Assembly: GCA_965202585.1 (NCBI GenBank)
Contig: OZ241831.1
Location: 31,000,001 to 31,064,000, forward strand
DNA from: Thalia democratica
Taxonomy: Eukaryota
Length of the DNA: 64,000 bases
Direction: 5' to 3'
Shown: piece by piece, positions 50,401-61,100 of the stretch
Position numbering within the stretch: position 1 is the stretch's first letter
Layout of the letters: each line of letters begins with the position of its first letter
Program-made: the position numbers and the translations under genes
The notes under the pieces: generated by a model
The model's input: the letters and a program-made list of their open reading frames with translations, nothing else
Database searches by the model: none
What the model was told of the DNA's origin: nothing

Positions 50401-53400
50401 CGAATCTATTTGTTTCTTTAAATAGGTTTGCTAAAAGTGTTCATATATGGCTACCAATAGAGATAAATTAAATTAGAAATATTAATCAGAATAGTTCTAG
50501 TTTGAAATTTACTTTTTCTTAGGTAATTTTATGAACTTCCTACAAACTTTAATTTTTTAAAACACTTTCCTTTACATATAGAATAAAAGAGGAAATGTTT
50601 TGTGCATTTGGTTTTAACATATTTTGAATTATTTTAGTTTTTCTTATTTCTCTACTTAAATTTGCTTGTATTTTAGGCGTGGACAAATCGTTAAAGATAG
50701 CAACAGGAAAACTGCATTCGTCTAAGCACAAGAGGAGCAGCATTGGCGACAAAGTTTGTAATTTGTTACTTTGAAAAATATGGCATACTGTTTAATAATG
50801 AAACTTCTGCCAAATTAAAGTAATAACATGTTCATTAAAGTCATACCAGTGTTATAGCATAGTGTTTTCAGTTGTTTGTTTAAAAATTTCCTTTTTTCAC
50901 AAAGTATAAAGGTATTGATGCTCATCATTAAATTTATAAGGATTCATCATTTTCGAAAAGTTTAAAGAGCTTCACAATTCCAAAGCAAGGAAAATCGAGT
51001 AGAAATGACGGTAAGTATGTGTATATTTTGAATTAAGAATTTAAAAATAAATTTTATTATTTCTAAACAATTATTTAAGTAAAGTATATAGACTGGTTTT
51101 ACCAAGTTTCGAATTGTTTCCTACTAAACTCATTTTAAAAACCGCTATTTATAGTTGAGCAAAAAATTAAATAAGAAGTTTGTAGAGGTACCAGAAACAT
51201 AAAAAAAATTTTTAGTTCATAAGTCTTAAAAAAATTATCGATAAAATACATATATTTTATCGATAGTTGAGTTATCTTTCCTATTAACAACCCAGTTGAA
51301 GTGTGTTGATTCGTTGACACACAGAAACATATGTTGGTTGAATAAAGGAAGATTACTGTATAATTTGTTTTTATAAAATACATATATATGTAATTTATTG
51401 CCATAGTATAAACTTTTTTTGTTAGATATAAGTTTTAGTTAGATTAAATTTCTAAATTTTTTATAAGGTTTTTTAAATTATTTAAATTACTTTATTTTTA
51501 ATTTCTAATTTAAGGTATTTTTGTTTTGGGTGTTAACCCGTTATTATGCAGTCGCTTTTCTTCAAGTGTACTCAAAAAATGTAAAAAGTTTAAAATTTTC
51601 ATAAATACAATTCAACTGAATTTCCAATAGTATTCCACTGAAAATTAGTGTATAGATTAAAAAAAGAATTCTATAGTATAAATAGCTGTAAAGTGATGGA
51701 GAAAGCAAGTTGTATATGTAAAAAAAAGTAATTCAACAGTTATCAAAAATTACATATAAGACGCATATTTTTTATAAAGAGTTTTAATGGCAAAAGCTTG
51801 CGTAATTAACTTCGAAAATTCACGTGTTTAAAAAAAAAAAAGGTTTTGTATAATTTATGTTTAAAAGTCACAAAAAAAGTTATTTAAGTTTATTTTTGAA
51901 AAAGTAAACAATTTTTTTTACAGTAAGTTCCTTGTCCGTAGATTCAAACTCATCAGCAAAAGTTCTGCTTCTTCACAAATATCATGAAAGGTTTGTTAAC
52001 TTTGTTTAGTTGTGAATATTTGTTAATTACACTTTTAACATTTCAAACATTAAAGATTTGTTAATTTGTGTTTGTTTGTGAATATTTGTTACTTACAAAT
52101 TTAGTGGTCTATTCCAATCAAAAATACCTTTAATAAAAATTAACGAGCATTTTTTCTAAACGTTTTTAAGTTCTAATAAAACTTGGTATTTTAAATATTT
52201 TTTTGAAGTTCGTTTTGAACTTTTTATCTTTCATTGTTTTATTAGAAATATAATAATAAACTTTGATCTTCGAGTTTTGTGTGTTCAACAAAAGAAACTT
52301 TTCACTAGTGATCTACCGCATCCTAGTATTCGGATCCGGTTGGGTAACGTCTTTTATATTTGTATCCGGCCGGATATTAATTTGAAAAAAAGTATCCGGA
52401 TCCTACTTTGAAACTAGTAACCGTATCTGACTAAATCCTAATGTTATGGATCCGGTAGGTAACTGAATGTACTTTTGTTTTAGTTTTTTATGCAAAAAAG
52501 AACATAGTTAAGGTTTGTGAAACTTATACTAGATATTCTGAATTTCATGACGAAGAGCAAAAAAAAAAGAAGGTTTTAGGCGTATTTTTTTTTAGAGTAT
52601 AGAAAAATTTGAGAGACCTATAGGTTCTGGCCAGAAATAAAAAAGTAAAAAAAACGGGTGGAAATTTTGCGGTGGTGGGAATTGTGAGTATACCATTTTC
52701 AACACAGTTGTCTCACACAGGTTCGAGAGGCAGCACAAGCAGCTGACGAACGAGCTGTACGAGGACGTTGTGAGGACGGCGTCGCAGCAGCTCGTCACCG
52801 CCAACAACCACCTCCAGACGCAGGTGCAGGCGCTGAAGAACAAGGAGCAGGAGTACCTGAGGAAGATAAGCAGCCTGCAGTCGAAGCTGGACAAGGTTCA
52901 GTGGGAGAGCAAGCAGTGCGTGGCGGAGAGCAAGCACAACAATGGTAATTGAATTTTCGTAGTATTGAAAATTAAGGTTATTATTAGTACTTTGAGAGAT
53001 TTGTAATAAGTTTTAAACAACTTTGCAAGTCAAAGCACAACAATGGTTTTGATTAAAGATTTCTAGTTTTACTGATGTCATCTTTGGCACTTGGCTCGAT
53101 TAAGGTAAATATTAAAAATTTAATATCTCAACACCTAAGATTAATTGTCAAACTTCTTTTCAACTTTTCACAACAGACTTGCGCATCGCCGAAATGCGGC
53201 AGAGCTTCGAGAGGGAAAAGCAGCAGGCGGTGGAGGAGGATAGACGCAAGGCGGCGCACGAGCACAGGAAACAGCTGGAATCGTGCAAGAAGAAGTCGTG
53301 GTGCGTGATGTGCCTGAAGGAGGCCGACCTGCACTGCTGCTGGAACGTGTCGTACTGCTGCACCGCCTGCCAGCTCGAGCACTGGCCGGAGCACGTGGAG

Positions 53401-53963
53401 AGCTGCAAGAACGTGACGAAGCAGGAGGAGGAGAAGCAGGAGGCGCAGCAGGAGGAAAAGGAAGATTTGAAGGTTGTTTTTTGATTGGATGTTTGACTTT
53501 AGCTAAGAAAATTTAAGTGTTACGTTTTGCCTCAGCAACTTTAAGATTTACAGAGTTATGCTTCTTAATAAACCTTACAAAAATTATAATTTTATGTAAT
53601 ATTTTTTCAAATCTGCAACGAGTCGGTATAAAACAACTCAAGTATTTCATTGTTCAGGTTGAAAGCGACGAGGACACGATGTTCATCGACGAGGCGGCCA
53701 CTCCCATCCGAGAAGATCCCCGCACCCAGGAAGCTCCTCATCAGCAGGAAGAAGACGTGGCGTCGAGGTACTTCAACTCGGAGGCGCCCCTCCCCATGAA
53801 GCCCCTCAAGGAGCGCATGAAGGCCCACGAAGGAGATCAGCAGCTCGGAGGAGGTTACCAGGAAAAAATCCAAGCTTTTCCCAACCACAACCCCGAGGAG
53901 GACGCGAGCTGTTTCGGGGGAAACGCTCAGTCGCACATGAGCCACGGCGGCAGCGGATACTAG
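37665..53963 (+). CDS. ZMYND8: ZMYND8 (RACK7/PRKCBP1) chromatin reader, 21 coding exons, about 1108 aa
   Basis: All introns GT-AG and phase-compatible. PHD ([25 protein letters not shown]), bromodomain ([17 protein letters not shown]), [20 protein letters not shown] ([26 protein letters not shown]), MYND ([25 protein letters not shown]). Confidence 0.93.
39482..39754 (+). CDS. ZMYND8: ZMYND8 exon 2 (PHD finger)
   Basis: tatag acceptor (in-frame alternative cag gives start 39494); donor gttggt. Confidence 0.9.
40508..40633 (+). CDS. ZMYND8: ZMYND8 exon 3 (bromodomain)
   Basis: SDPFRNPV...YIFHPMD...KYGSTE; tgcag/gttaaa. Confidence 0.92.
41592..41699 (+). CDS. ZMYND8: ZMYND8 exon 4 (bromodomain)
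   Basis: [18 protein letters not shown]...AEFE; tgcag/gttgtt. Confidence 0.92.
42185..42322 (+). CDS. ZMYND8: ZMYND8 exon 5 (zinc site + PWWP start)
   Basis: [11 protein letters not shown]...GFPHWPAK; tccag/gttagt. Confidence 0.93.
42990..43342. mobile_element. hAT-type MITE in ZMYND8 intron 5 (best-preserved copy)
   Basis: Perfect TIR caggggtcggca/tgccgacccctg; perfect 8-bp TSD ttttaaag; repeated gcggccc subterminal motifs. Confidence 0.93.
43517..43661 (+). CDS. ZMYND8: ZMYND8 exon 6 (PWWP)
   Basis: [23 protein letters not shown]...; aacag/gttcgt. Confidence 0.93.
45776..45810 (+). pseudogene. Duplicated 5' edge of ZMYND8 exon 7 (pseudo-exon)
   Basis: tttcacGGCGGACTTGACAATGCGATCGCGGAA versus the real tttcagGCGGACTCGACAACGCGATCGCGGAA; acceptor AG destroyed. 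Confidence 0.85.
45986..46111 (+). CDS. ZMYND8: ZMYND8 exon 7 (PWWP end)
   Basis: [23 protein letters not shown]; ttcag/gtgagt. Confidence 0.9.
46318..46458. repeat. Degenerate 32-bp minisatellite, about 4.5 units
   Basis: Units start at 46318, 46350, 46382, 46414, 46446 (consensus near aagtaattaaatttaacagtaattaagattag). Confidence 0.75.
46471..46508 (+). CDS. ZMYND8: ZMYND8 exon 8 (38 nt)
   Basis: tacag/gtaagt; phase 1 to 0. Confidence 0.72.
46576..46624 (+). CDS. ZMYND8: ZMYND8 exon 9 (49 nt; alternative end 46630)
   Basis: tatag; donor gtaaaa or gttcgt, both phase 1. Confidence 0.68.
47550..47683 (+). CDS. ZMYND8: ZMYND8 exon 10
   Basis: ASTATSVV...[15 protein letters not shown]; ttcag/gttggt. 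Confidence 0.8.
47815..47895. repeat. Second copy of the acctggaa MITE end
   Basis: Begins cagggttgtcac; 28-nt identity with 31026-31053. Confidence 0.7.
48344..48413 (+). CDS. ZMYND8: ZMYND8 exon 11
   Basis: [23 protein letters not shown]; gatag/gttcgt. Confidence 0.75.
48511..48554 (+). CDS. ZMYND8: ZMYND8 exon 12 (44 nt)
   Basis: ttcag/gttagt; phase 1 to 0. Confidence 0.72.
49081..49262 (+). CDS. ZMYND8: ZMYND8 exon 13
   Basis: K/S-rich, open; tgtag/gtgagt; phase 0 to 2. Confidence 0.78.
49491..49554 (+). CDS. ZMYND8: ZMYND8 exon 14
   Basis: tgtag/gtaagt; phase 2 to 0. Confidence 0.75.
50336..50360 (+). CDS. ZMYND8: ZMYND8 exon 15 (25-nt microexon)
   Basis: PHKKKSFG; ttcag/gtatgt; needed to bridge phase 0 to 1. 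Confidence 0.7.
50677..50753 (+). CDS. ZMYND8: ZMYND8 exon 16
   Basis: tttag/gtttgt; phase 1 to 0. Confidence 0.75.
50941..51010 (+). CDS. ZMYND8: ZMYND8 exon 17
   Basis: ataag/gtaagt; phase 0 to 1. Confidence 0.72.
51924..51990 (+). CDS. ZMYND8: ZMYND8 exon 18
   Basis: tacag/gtttgt; phase 1 to 2; [11 protein letters not shown]. Confidence 0.75.
52306..52465. mobile_element. Short MITE-like element with repeated (g/t)atccgg motifs
   Basis: Imperfect TIR tagtgatctaccgcatcc versus reverse complement cagttacctaccggatcc (14/18); no clear TSD. Confidence 0.6.
52721..52944 (+). CDS. ZMYND8: ZMYND8 exon 19 (coiled coil)
   Basis: [15 protein letters not shown]...[10 protein letters not shown]...KHNN; cacag/gtaatt. 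Confidence 0.9.
53177..53472 (+). CDS. ZMYND8: ZMYND8 exon 20 (coiled coil + MYND finger)
   Basis: [14 protein letters not shown]...KKSWCVMC...HWPEHVESC; aacag/gttgtt. Confidence 0.93.
53658..53963 (+). CDS. ZMYND8: ZMYND8 exon 21 (terminal)
   Basis: ttcag acceptor, phase 0, open to TAG at 53961-53963. Confidence 0.85.
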   Translation, partial: VESDEDTMFIDEAATPIREDPRTQEAPHQQEEDVASRYFNSEAPLPMKPLKERMKAHEGDQQLGGGYQEKIQAFPNHNPEEDASCFGGNAQSHMSHGGSGY

Positions 53964-54998
53964 TTTTTCTGCAATTTTTTCTATATTCAACGTAAGAGGG
54001 TCACGGCAGTTTGATTTCAGTCGGCAACTTTTGAGCACTTTTAGTTTTTTTAAAGAGTTTTAAGGTATTAATGAACTTTTCGGTTTTTAAAGTGTTCGTG
54101 CCTGATAATTTTCCATCAATTACGATTTTTCCGAACAATGTATCAGAAAATATTTAATTAAATATATATAAACCTTTAAGCAATTTTTCTGTATAAGTTT
54201 ACACTTGCTAGAATATTTTATTCCGTTAATAATGATAGTCAAATCTAATTGAAAATTCACTATTAAATTGTAGGTTTTAAAGTAAAATAACTTTTTTCTA
54301 AATGCTAGAGACATATTTAAATTAATAAAAAATTTCTCAGTTTTTTTACATAAGTAAAAGTTTTCAGTTTATTTTGAAATAAAATAAAAGGTTCTATATT
54401 GATATGTACAATTTATTTCTATACTTGAGCTAATAAATTTTTTCTTTCAATTGTCAACTTTTTGGATTTATTGCATTTTGAAATACGAAGTATTTTTTAA
54501 AACCTCTAATTTATTTGAAATAGTGCTTTAGTTCTTAAAATTATTTTCAGTTGCTTCAATATTTTACTAAGTGAAGTTGTTAATATTTATCAAGTTATTT
54601 GTTCAAAATCTCACTTAAAAATACCATATTAAGTTTATACAAATCATTTTAATTTAAATATAATAAATTTTGACTAACAGGCTTTACTTCATATTTGAAA
54701 AATATCTAACAAGAATATTAAGTCATGTTCTTACAAAGCTTTATTGTTCAAAAAAAAAAAAAAACAACAGGTAAAACTTATCTATAATACAAAAAACACT
54801 TTAAAAATTAAAGCAGAGAAGAACAGAAAATTTAGCAAATTTAAACAGAAGATAAGACACAAAACTTATTTCAAATACTACAAAAAAAAGTAGTACAATA
54901 TATTTCTGGTGGTTTGCTAAGAACTTTATAAAGATTTTTGCTTTCCATTTGCCGTTCATGTTAACTGAAGTATATATATTTTTTTTAAATCGACACAC

Positions 54999-56917
54999 CA
55001 GGGGCGTGTTTTGACTGGTTTCTTGTGAACCTCTGAAAAAGAAAAAAGGTTCTTAGAATATCACTAAAAACGTTGTTTATTGACTTTGTTTTGGTTATTT
55101 GATAAATTTTGAATGTTGAATTTATAACACTGAAATTTTATAAAAGTTTCCTTAACAAAAAATGCTCGTTTTTACCCAGCTGAAATAGATTTCAAATAAA
55201 ATTTTAATTGTAACGTGATAATAGGTAAAAGTTTTAAAGTAGTATTTTTACTAAGAAGCTTATAGTTCCCATTATAAGTTGTTACTTAGAGTAAATAACT
55301 TTCGATTAAGTATTGTTTTTCAACTAGTAAGTACAATTTTACTTAAAAAATGTCAAATATAATCACTAAAGTTTTATTTTACCTAGTTGATTAATTATGT
55401 TTTCTGAAGTTTTTAAACCTTGAAAACTTCAATTCAGAGAGTTTTCAAAATCATCTTTAGACCACTACACCAACTGAAATTTTATTCTTTTATCATTTAA
55501 TGGTATTTTAATATTATTATTTATTTTATTTTTGTATATCTGTTGGCCACAAAGTTGATTCTTGAAATTTAGAAATATTCAAAATCTATTTTTATAACAG
55601 TTTCCAGTATAATTTGATACTAAAATAAAAATAAAAACATTTAATTTATAAATAAAAAAGTGTATAATAAAATAACAACAAAGTTTATCAAAATAGTGGG
55701 TAGTTTTAGTTTATAGTGTTTTAAAAAGTGATTAAATATTAAATAACAGCTTTTTTTAAAGTTAGTGGTTTAAGTCAAGGTTTCAACCAATTGGCTTATA
55801 AAGTTTAATAAAGAGAAATTAAATTATCTTTAAAATAATCTATTTTTAACTAAAGGTATATTATTGTAACTGTCATGATTTATACTAAAACTTTTACAAA
55901 AGTGTCTAGAATATCTCATAGAAATATATATATAAAATAGAATATAATACTATTTATTAACACAATTTTATTCTGATATAAATAACTTATATATATAGTT
56001 TGCACAGTTAGATAGGATCTAACTTCTGCTAATGTAATAAATTTAGAATGGATTATTCAGTTAAATAAGGAACAAGCTTTTTCAATATAAAATTGAATAA
56101 ATTAACCTAGTAAAAAAAAAACTCCAGGTAAAAAAATTCAACAACAGTTGGTATGACAAAAAAAGCTGGTTGACAGCTTGCCCTATCAAAAAAGAAAAAA
56201 AAAATCTGCTTCCCATGTCTTCAGTTTAAAGGTCAAAGTATTTGGCCAAAAATTGGTCAGTTGGTTTTATTGCTGTGGTTTTAACTATTAAAGTAGGTAT
56301 TTTATTTTAATTTTGAAACAAGCAATTTACTATATGTAAACAATTAGGTTTATATAACAAGCTTAATTGTAAGGTTTTTGTTTGAGGTTTTTATATTTAT
56401 ACAGATAATACAGTGTATTAAAAATATTATAGTTTGACTGAAACAAACTTCATAAAAATAATTATTTACAGAAAAAAGTAAGATATTCTAAAGATTATGT
56501 TTATTTACTATTTCTTTGTGTAAACAAAAATATATACTCATTTTACAACTACAACTGATTTTTTATGTAAATTAGTTTTGACTCTCTTTCAAAGTTAATG
56601 TAATATATTTGTTTTAAATAACTGATTTGAATTTTGATATACAATTTATAAGTTCATAACTTATTTCTGGTTCTTTTCGTTTTAATTTATATAAGTTTAA
56701 TACAGTATAACAAACAAAAAAAAACATTATTCTATTACTACTTATATGTTTTTTTATTATTTCTAAGCAGAAAAAAGAATTTTAAACACAGGGTTTTTTT
56801 TCGTAGTACGCGCAATGCGTACTTTACTGGCAGTGTATACCTAAGAAATGCGTACTTAAGCGGCAAATAAAGAAAAAAAAGTGAACCTCCTTTGAAAAAT
56901 GTCTAGACACGCCCCTG
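54999..56917. mobile_element. hAT-type non-autonomous element, 1.9 kb
   Basis: TIR caggggcgtgt/acacgcccctg; 8-bp TSD cgacacac/cgacacat; no coding capacity seen. Confidence 0.8.
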
Positions 56918-58149
56918 CGACACATACTTAACTACCTATTTCTAACTTGACAGTAACTTCTAGTATTACGCTTTGTGGGGCTCATTTACTTTTGGAACCT
57001 ACTTTTAATGCCTTGAATGCAACAATTTTTTCTTGCTAAGAGTAGAGCCGTTAATATCTGCAATTTAATTTGTAAATTATAGTTTTGTTGGAAGTGGTAC
57101 AATATTTTTTTTCGGGCACTTAACATTACGCTTACCAAATGGATCATGTTTGAATCCGTAAAATTTTCACTAATTTATTTAGCCGTAGTCAGCTTAATCA
57201 ACTTTCTACTTGTTAAAATAGTTTTACACGTGATAATTTTGGCATCTTGAAAAATTTGTCCTAGATATTGTCGCAATAAACAACTAATGTAGAAGTTTCA
57301 TTTTCTCACTTGATAGCAACCTTTGATATAGCTCTTCGCTTTGTATTTTTTTATTGACTATAATTTAATAGTTTTTAACTTAAACATTGTTTAGCATCAA
57401 TATATTTCTTAATTTGTTGATTTTTATTTATTATTTTATATTTTTTGTAAAAAAACTTAACTCAAAATAATTTTTAATTATTTGTCATTTTTACCATTGT
57501 TATTTTATTACAGATTTAAAATTTGAAAATCCGCTCTGCGGTGAAACTGTGTATTTGTTTTATCTCAAAAATAATAATTTATTAATTATCAATCTCCCTT
57601 GTGGATGGATTACTGTGTCAAATTTTTTTGTTTTAAACTCTATAGCTAAAAGAAAGTTTTCAAGTTTTCCCTTTAAACAAGGGAACTTACCCCCAGAATT
57701 GCTGGGTTAAAATTTTTTTATGATACCTTAAATTACCATTTAAGTTTGTTAGATTGTTAAAAAATAGATTTTTAAAAATCTACTTAAGTAGCTTCAGTGC
57801 ACTTGCTAAGAACTATTTAATTGTATTCCTTATCAAACTTGTGATTTTATTTTTCCTTAAAACTTTTATTCATCGAAACCAGTAGTCTTTATAGTGTTCA
57901 CATGAAATTTATTTTGAGGTTCACGAAACTTTTTTGGTGCACAATCTCGTTTAGGGAAGCACGACTTTTTAAGTAATGTTGATTACTTTTTTTTTTAAAC
58001 CCTTTGTACACACTACTTTTTATTACAGGCAAATATACCACTAAAATCAGTTTGGTATCTTATAAAAACAAATTATAAAATTTTTGTCTGATAACAACTA
58101 AATTTTAAAAAGTTTGGATCTTTTTTTAAATTAGTAGATTTTCAATTGT

Positions 58150-61100
58150 ATAATATTATTATTGGAGTTTTTTGTGCGAAGATGGACTCGGGCATTAAAA
58201 CCTGAGCCGCTTAAACAAGACACACAAAAAAAGAAACAAACAAATTACAGCCAATGAAAATTAAAAAAACTAAATATGTCACAGTAAAAATTACAAACAA
58301 ATAGTCCTGTAGGATCAAATATAAGTAAGTATGCACAATAAATAAAACAAATTTCCATATATAAACTTATGTATTGACTATAAAAGATTACACATTTACA
58401 TAAATTATATATAACAATTTATAATATGTAGGGGGAAGGCGTAGGGAAGAAAAATTATTCTTAGTGATATTAATACTTAAAGATTAGTAAAAAAAGTTAC
58501 TTTGAACCATCATTATAATAAATTTTAAATCGATAATCACTGTATTTTACTTGTGTTTATATTAATTAAATCTTTTTTTTTAGTTTTAATCGAAAATGTT
58601 CCACCCTCCCTCACGAAACCACATCGTGCGGTAACTTATTCCAGATATTTATTGTTCTGCAGAAAAAAAAATTTGTCACTGACTATTATTAAAATTATAT
58701 TTACGTTTAATTTTTATCATTTCCTCTCAAAATATAATTGGTCTGTGAAACAACAAAAAGCTGATTGAAAAATTCTTTATATTTACCATTAACAATTTAA
58801 AAAAGTGTCATCAAATCAAACTGCCATCTTCTATTTTCTAGAGGCTCAAATCTGAGCCTTACCAATCTATCATTGTATGAGGTGTTTGAAATATTGCATC
58901 TATTACAAACAAAACGGGTGGAATTTTTCTGCAGACTCAATCCTAATAATGTCTTTTTTTAAATATGGGGACCATATTTGAGTATTGTATTCGAGTTTAG
59001 GGCGAACGTAGTTTTAAAATAATTTAGTAAGATTACTAGCAGAACTGGTCTTAAAACTTTTAAGTATTTGATAAACTACTTAATTATATATTATATAATT
59101 ATATATTATATATATTTTTAAATTATAAGATGAATTTTGAGAAACTTTATATAAATAATTTACATTTTCGTTCAATTTTAGATTTTCAGGTGTATATATA
59201 TTTCTAAGTCTTTAAAAAAATTTACTGCTGGTATTTTAGTTTTATTAGTTAAAAGGTTAATAGGGAAAGGTATATTTTTGTTGATGGTTAGAACTTGGCA
59301 TTTTTTTGGATTTGAATAAAGCTTTTTTTTTGTTTTTAGCCATTCTTGAATCTTATCTAATGTCAATTGTAAAGAAGTTTCTGACTTGCTAAATACTTTT
59401 GCATCATCTGCAAACAGACTTATTTCGCTTTGAATGTGAGTATTTAAAGTTTAATCGTTGATGTAAATTAAAAAAAGAGAGGACCAATGACCTTGTGGTA
59501 CTCCACTGTGAATTTTCAAGGGATCTGATAATGTGTTGTTAATGAGTACACTTTGTGACTTATCATTAAAAATTTCGTTTAACCAATTCACTAAGTTATC
59601 ATCAAAACCATATTGACTTAAAAACTTTAATAATTTATTGTGTGACACAGAGTCAAAAGCTTTTTTGATGTCAGTATAGACCACTGTGACTGATTCATTG
59701 TTCAAGTAAGTTATTAACCAAGTTTGTAAACATGTCAATAGTAGAATTCCTGATGATCGGTGGGGTACAAAGCCAAATTATTTTGGTGTTAATAAATTAA
59801 AGTCGAAAAATATTTTTTGAGAAATAATGTGTTCAAAAATTTGGGAAAAAGCACTGGTTAAGGATATTGGCCTACAATTTAATGGGTTGTGTTTGTTACC
59901 TTTTTTATATACTGGAATTACATAAGATGTTTTCCACTGTTTTGGTACTTCTGATAATGCTAGGGAGCTATTAAAAATTAATAGTAAAGAAAAAACTAAT
60001 GATGGAATAGCATGCTTAATAAAATAAGGTGGAGTTTTTTCTGGCGTTCTGATGATTTTATCTTTAAGTCGATGGCTTAATGTCTTTATAACGTATAAAA
60101 TAACTTTTCATTTTGCTGCATTTTTCTTAGGTTGTTTATAGCTTGATGATTTTGATCTTGTTGAAAAAACATTTTGAAATTTTTTTTGAAAAGTGTGGCA
60201 CTTTTAAATTCTGAAGTTACTGTTTTGTCTTTATGGTGATCAAATAGGGGAGGAAATGAAGTATTTAATTTAATTTAAGATTTAACGTAGCTACAAAACT
60301 TTTTAAAATTTGGATTAGTGCAGAAGTATTTTTATATTCTAAATTGTATTTTTAACAGCTAATTTTAAATAGTTTTAATTCATATTCTTTTGATTTAATT
60401 TTATAAACTTTGGAGAATGATCAATTTTTCTTCCTTTTTTTTTGTAAAGAATAAGTTTTTCTTTAAATAATTTTTTAATGTTAGATGGATTTTTTTTTGC
60501 ATTTGTTATTTTTAAAATAATGTGGAATAAAAAGTTTAATTGAAGTTTGAATTAAGTCGACAAATTGGTCATAAAAGTGTTGGAGACTTTTTGATTTATT
60601 AAATAATAAAGTTCAATCAATGTTTGACAAGTGTTTGTTAATATTTTTAAAATCAGCCTTTTTAAATTTATATGAATCTACTTTAGAATTAGGTATATTT
60701 TGACTTTCAGTTTTAATGTTAAATGAGATCAAGTTGTGGTCACACGTGGTTGTTAATGGGAAATTAGTTAATAGAGATGTTATTTTATCTAAATAAAAAT
60801 AGTTGCAAATTAATAGATCGAGTTTGTTTCTATTTTCATGAGTTGGTTTTTTAATAACTTGACTCAAAAAATTATCTGTGCAGAAATCAAAAAAAAAAAT
60901 AATGGGATTCATTAAGGCTTGTACTAGGAATTTTCCAATTTATGTTTGTCAGATTGAAATCTCCAAGAACAAAAAAAAGAATAGCTATCTGGCAAAAACA
61001 ACTTAATCAGTTTAATTACGTTTTTAACAGTTGGGGTGCATTTTGCAGCCAGTGGAGGAAGGTAGACACACAAAAATTGTAGTTTAGTCTTTTTTAAAGT

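Noticed and set aside
39431-53516. Antisense and alternate-frame ORFs over the GC-rich ZMYND8 exons
   Set aside because: Same compositional artefact; each is confined to a real exon.
7667-53963. Non-standard genetic code or non-canonical introns
   Set aside because: Both genes translate without internal stops in the standard code and all 31 introns are GT-AG.
56960-57340. Possible decayed transposase fragment on the - strand
   Set aside because: Broken in all frames with no diagnostic motif.
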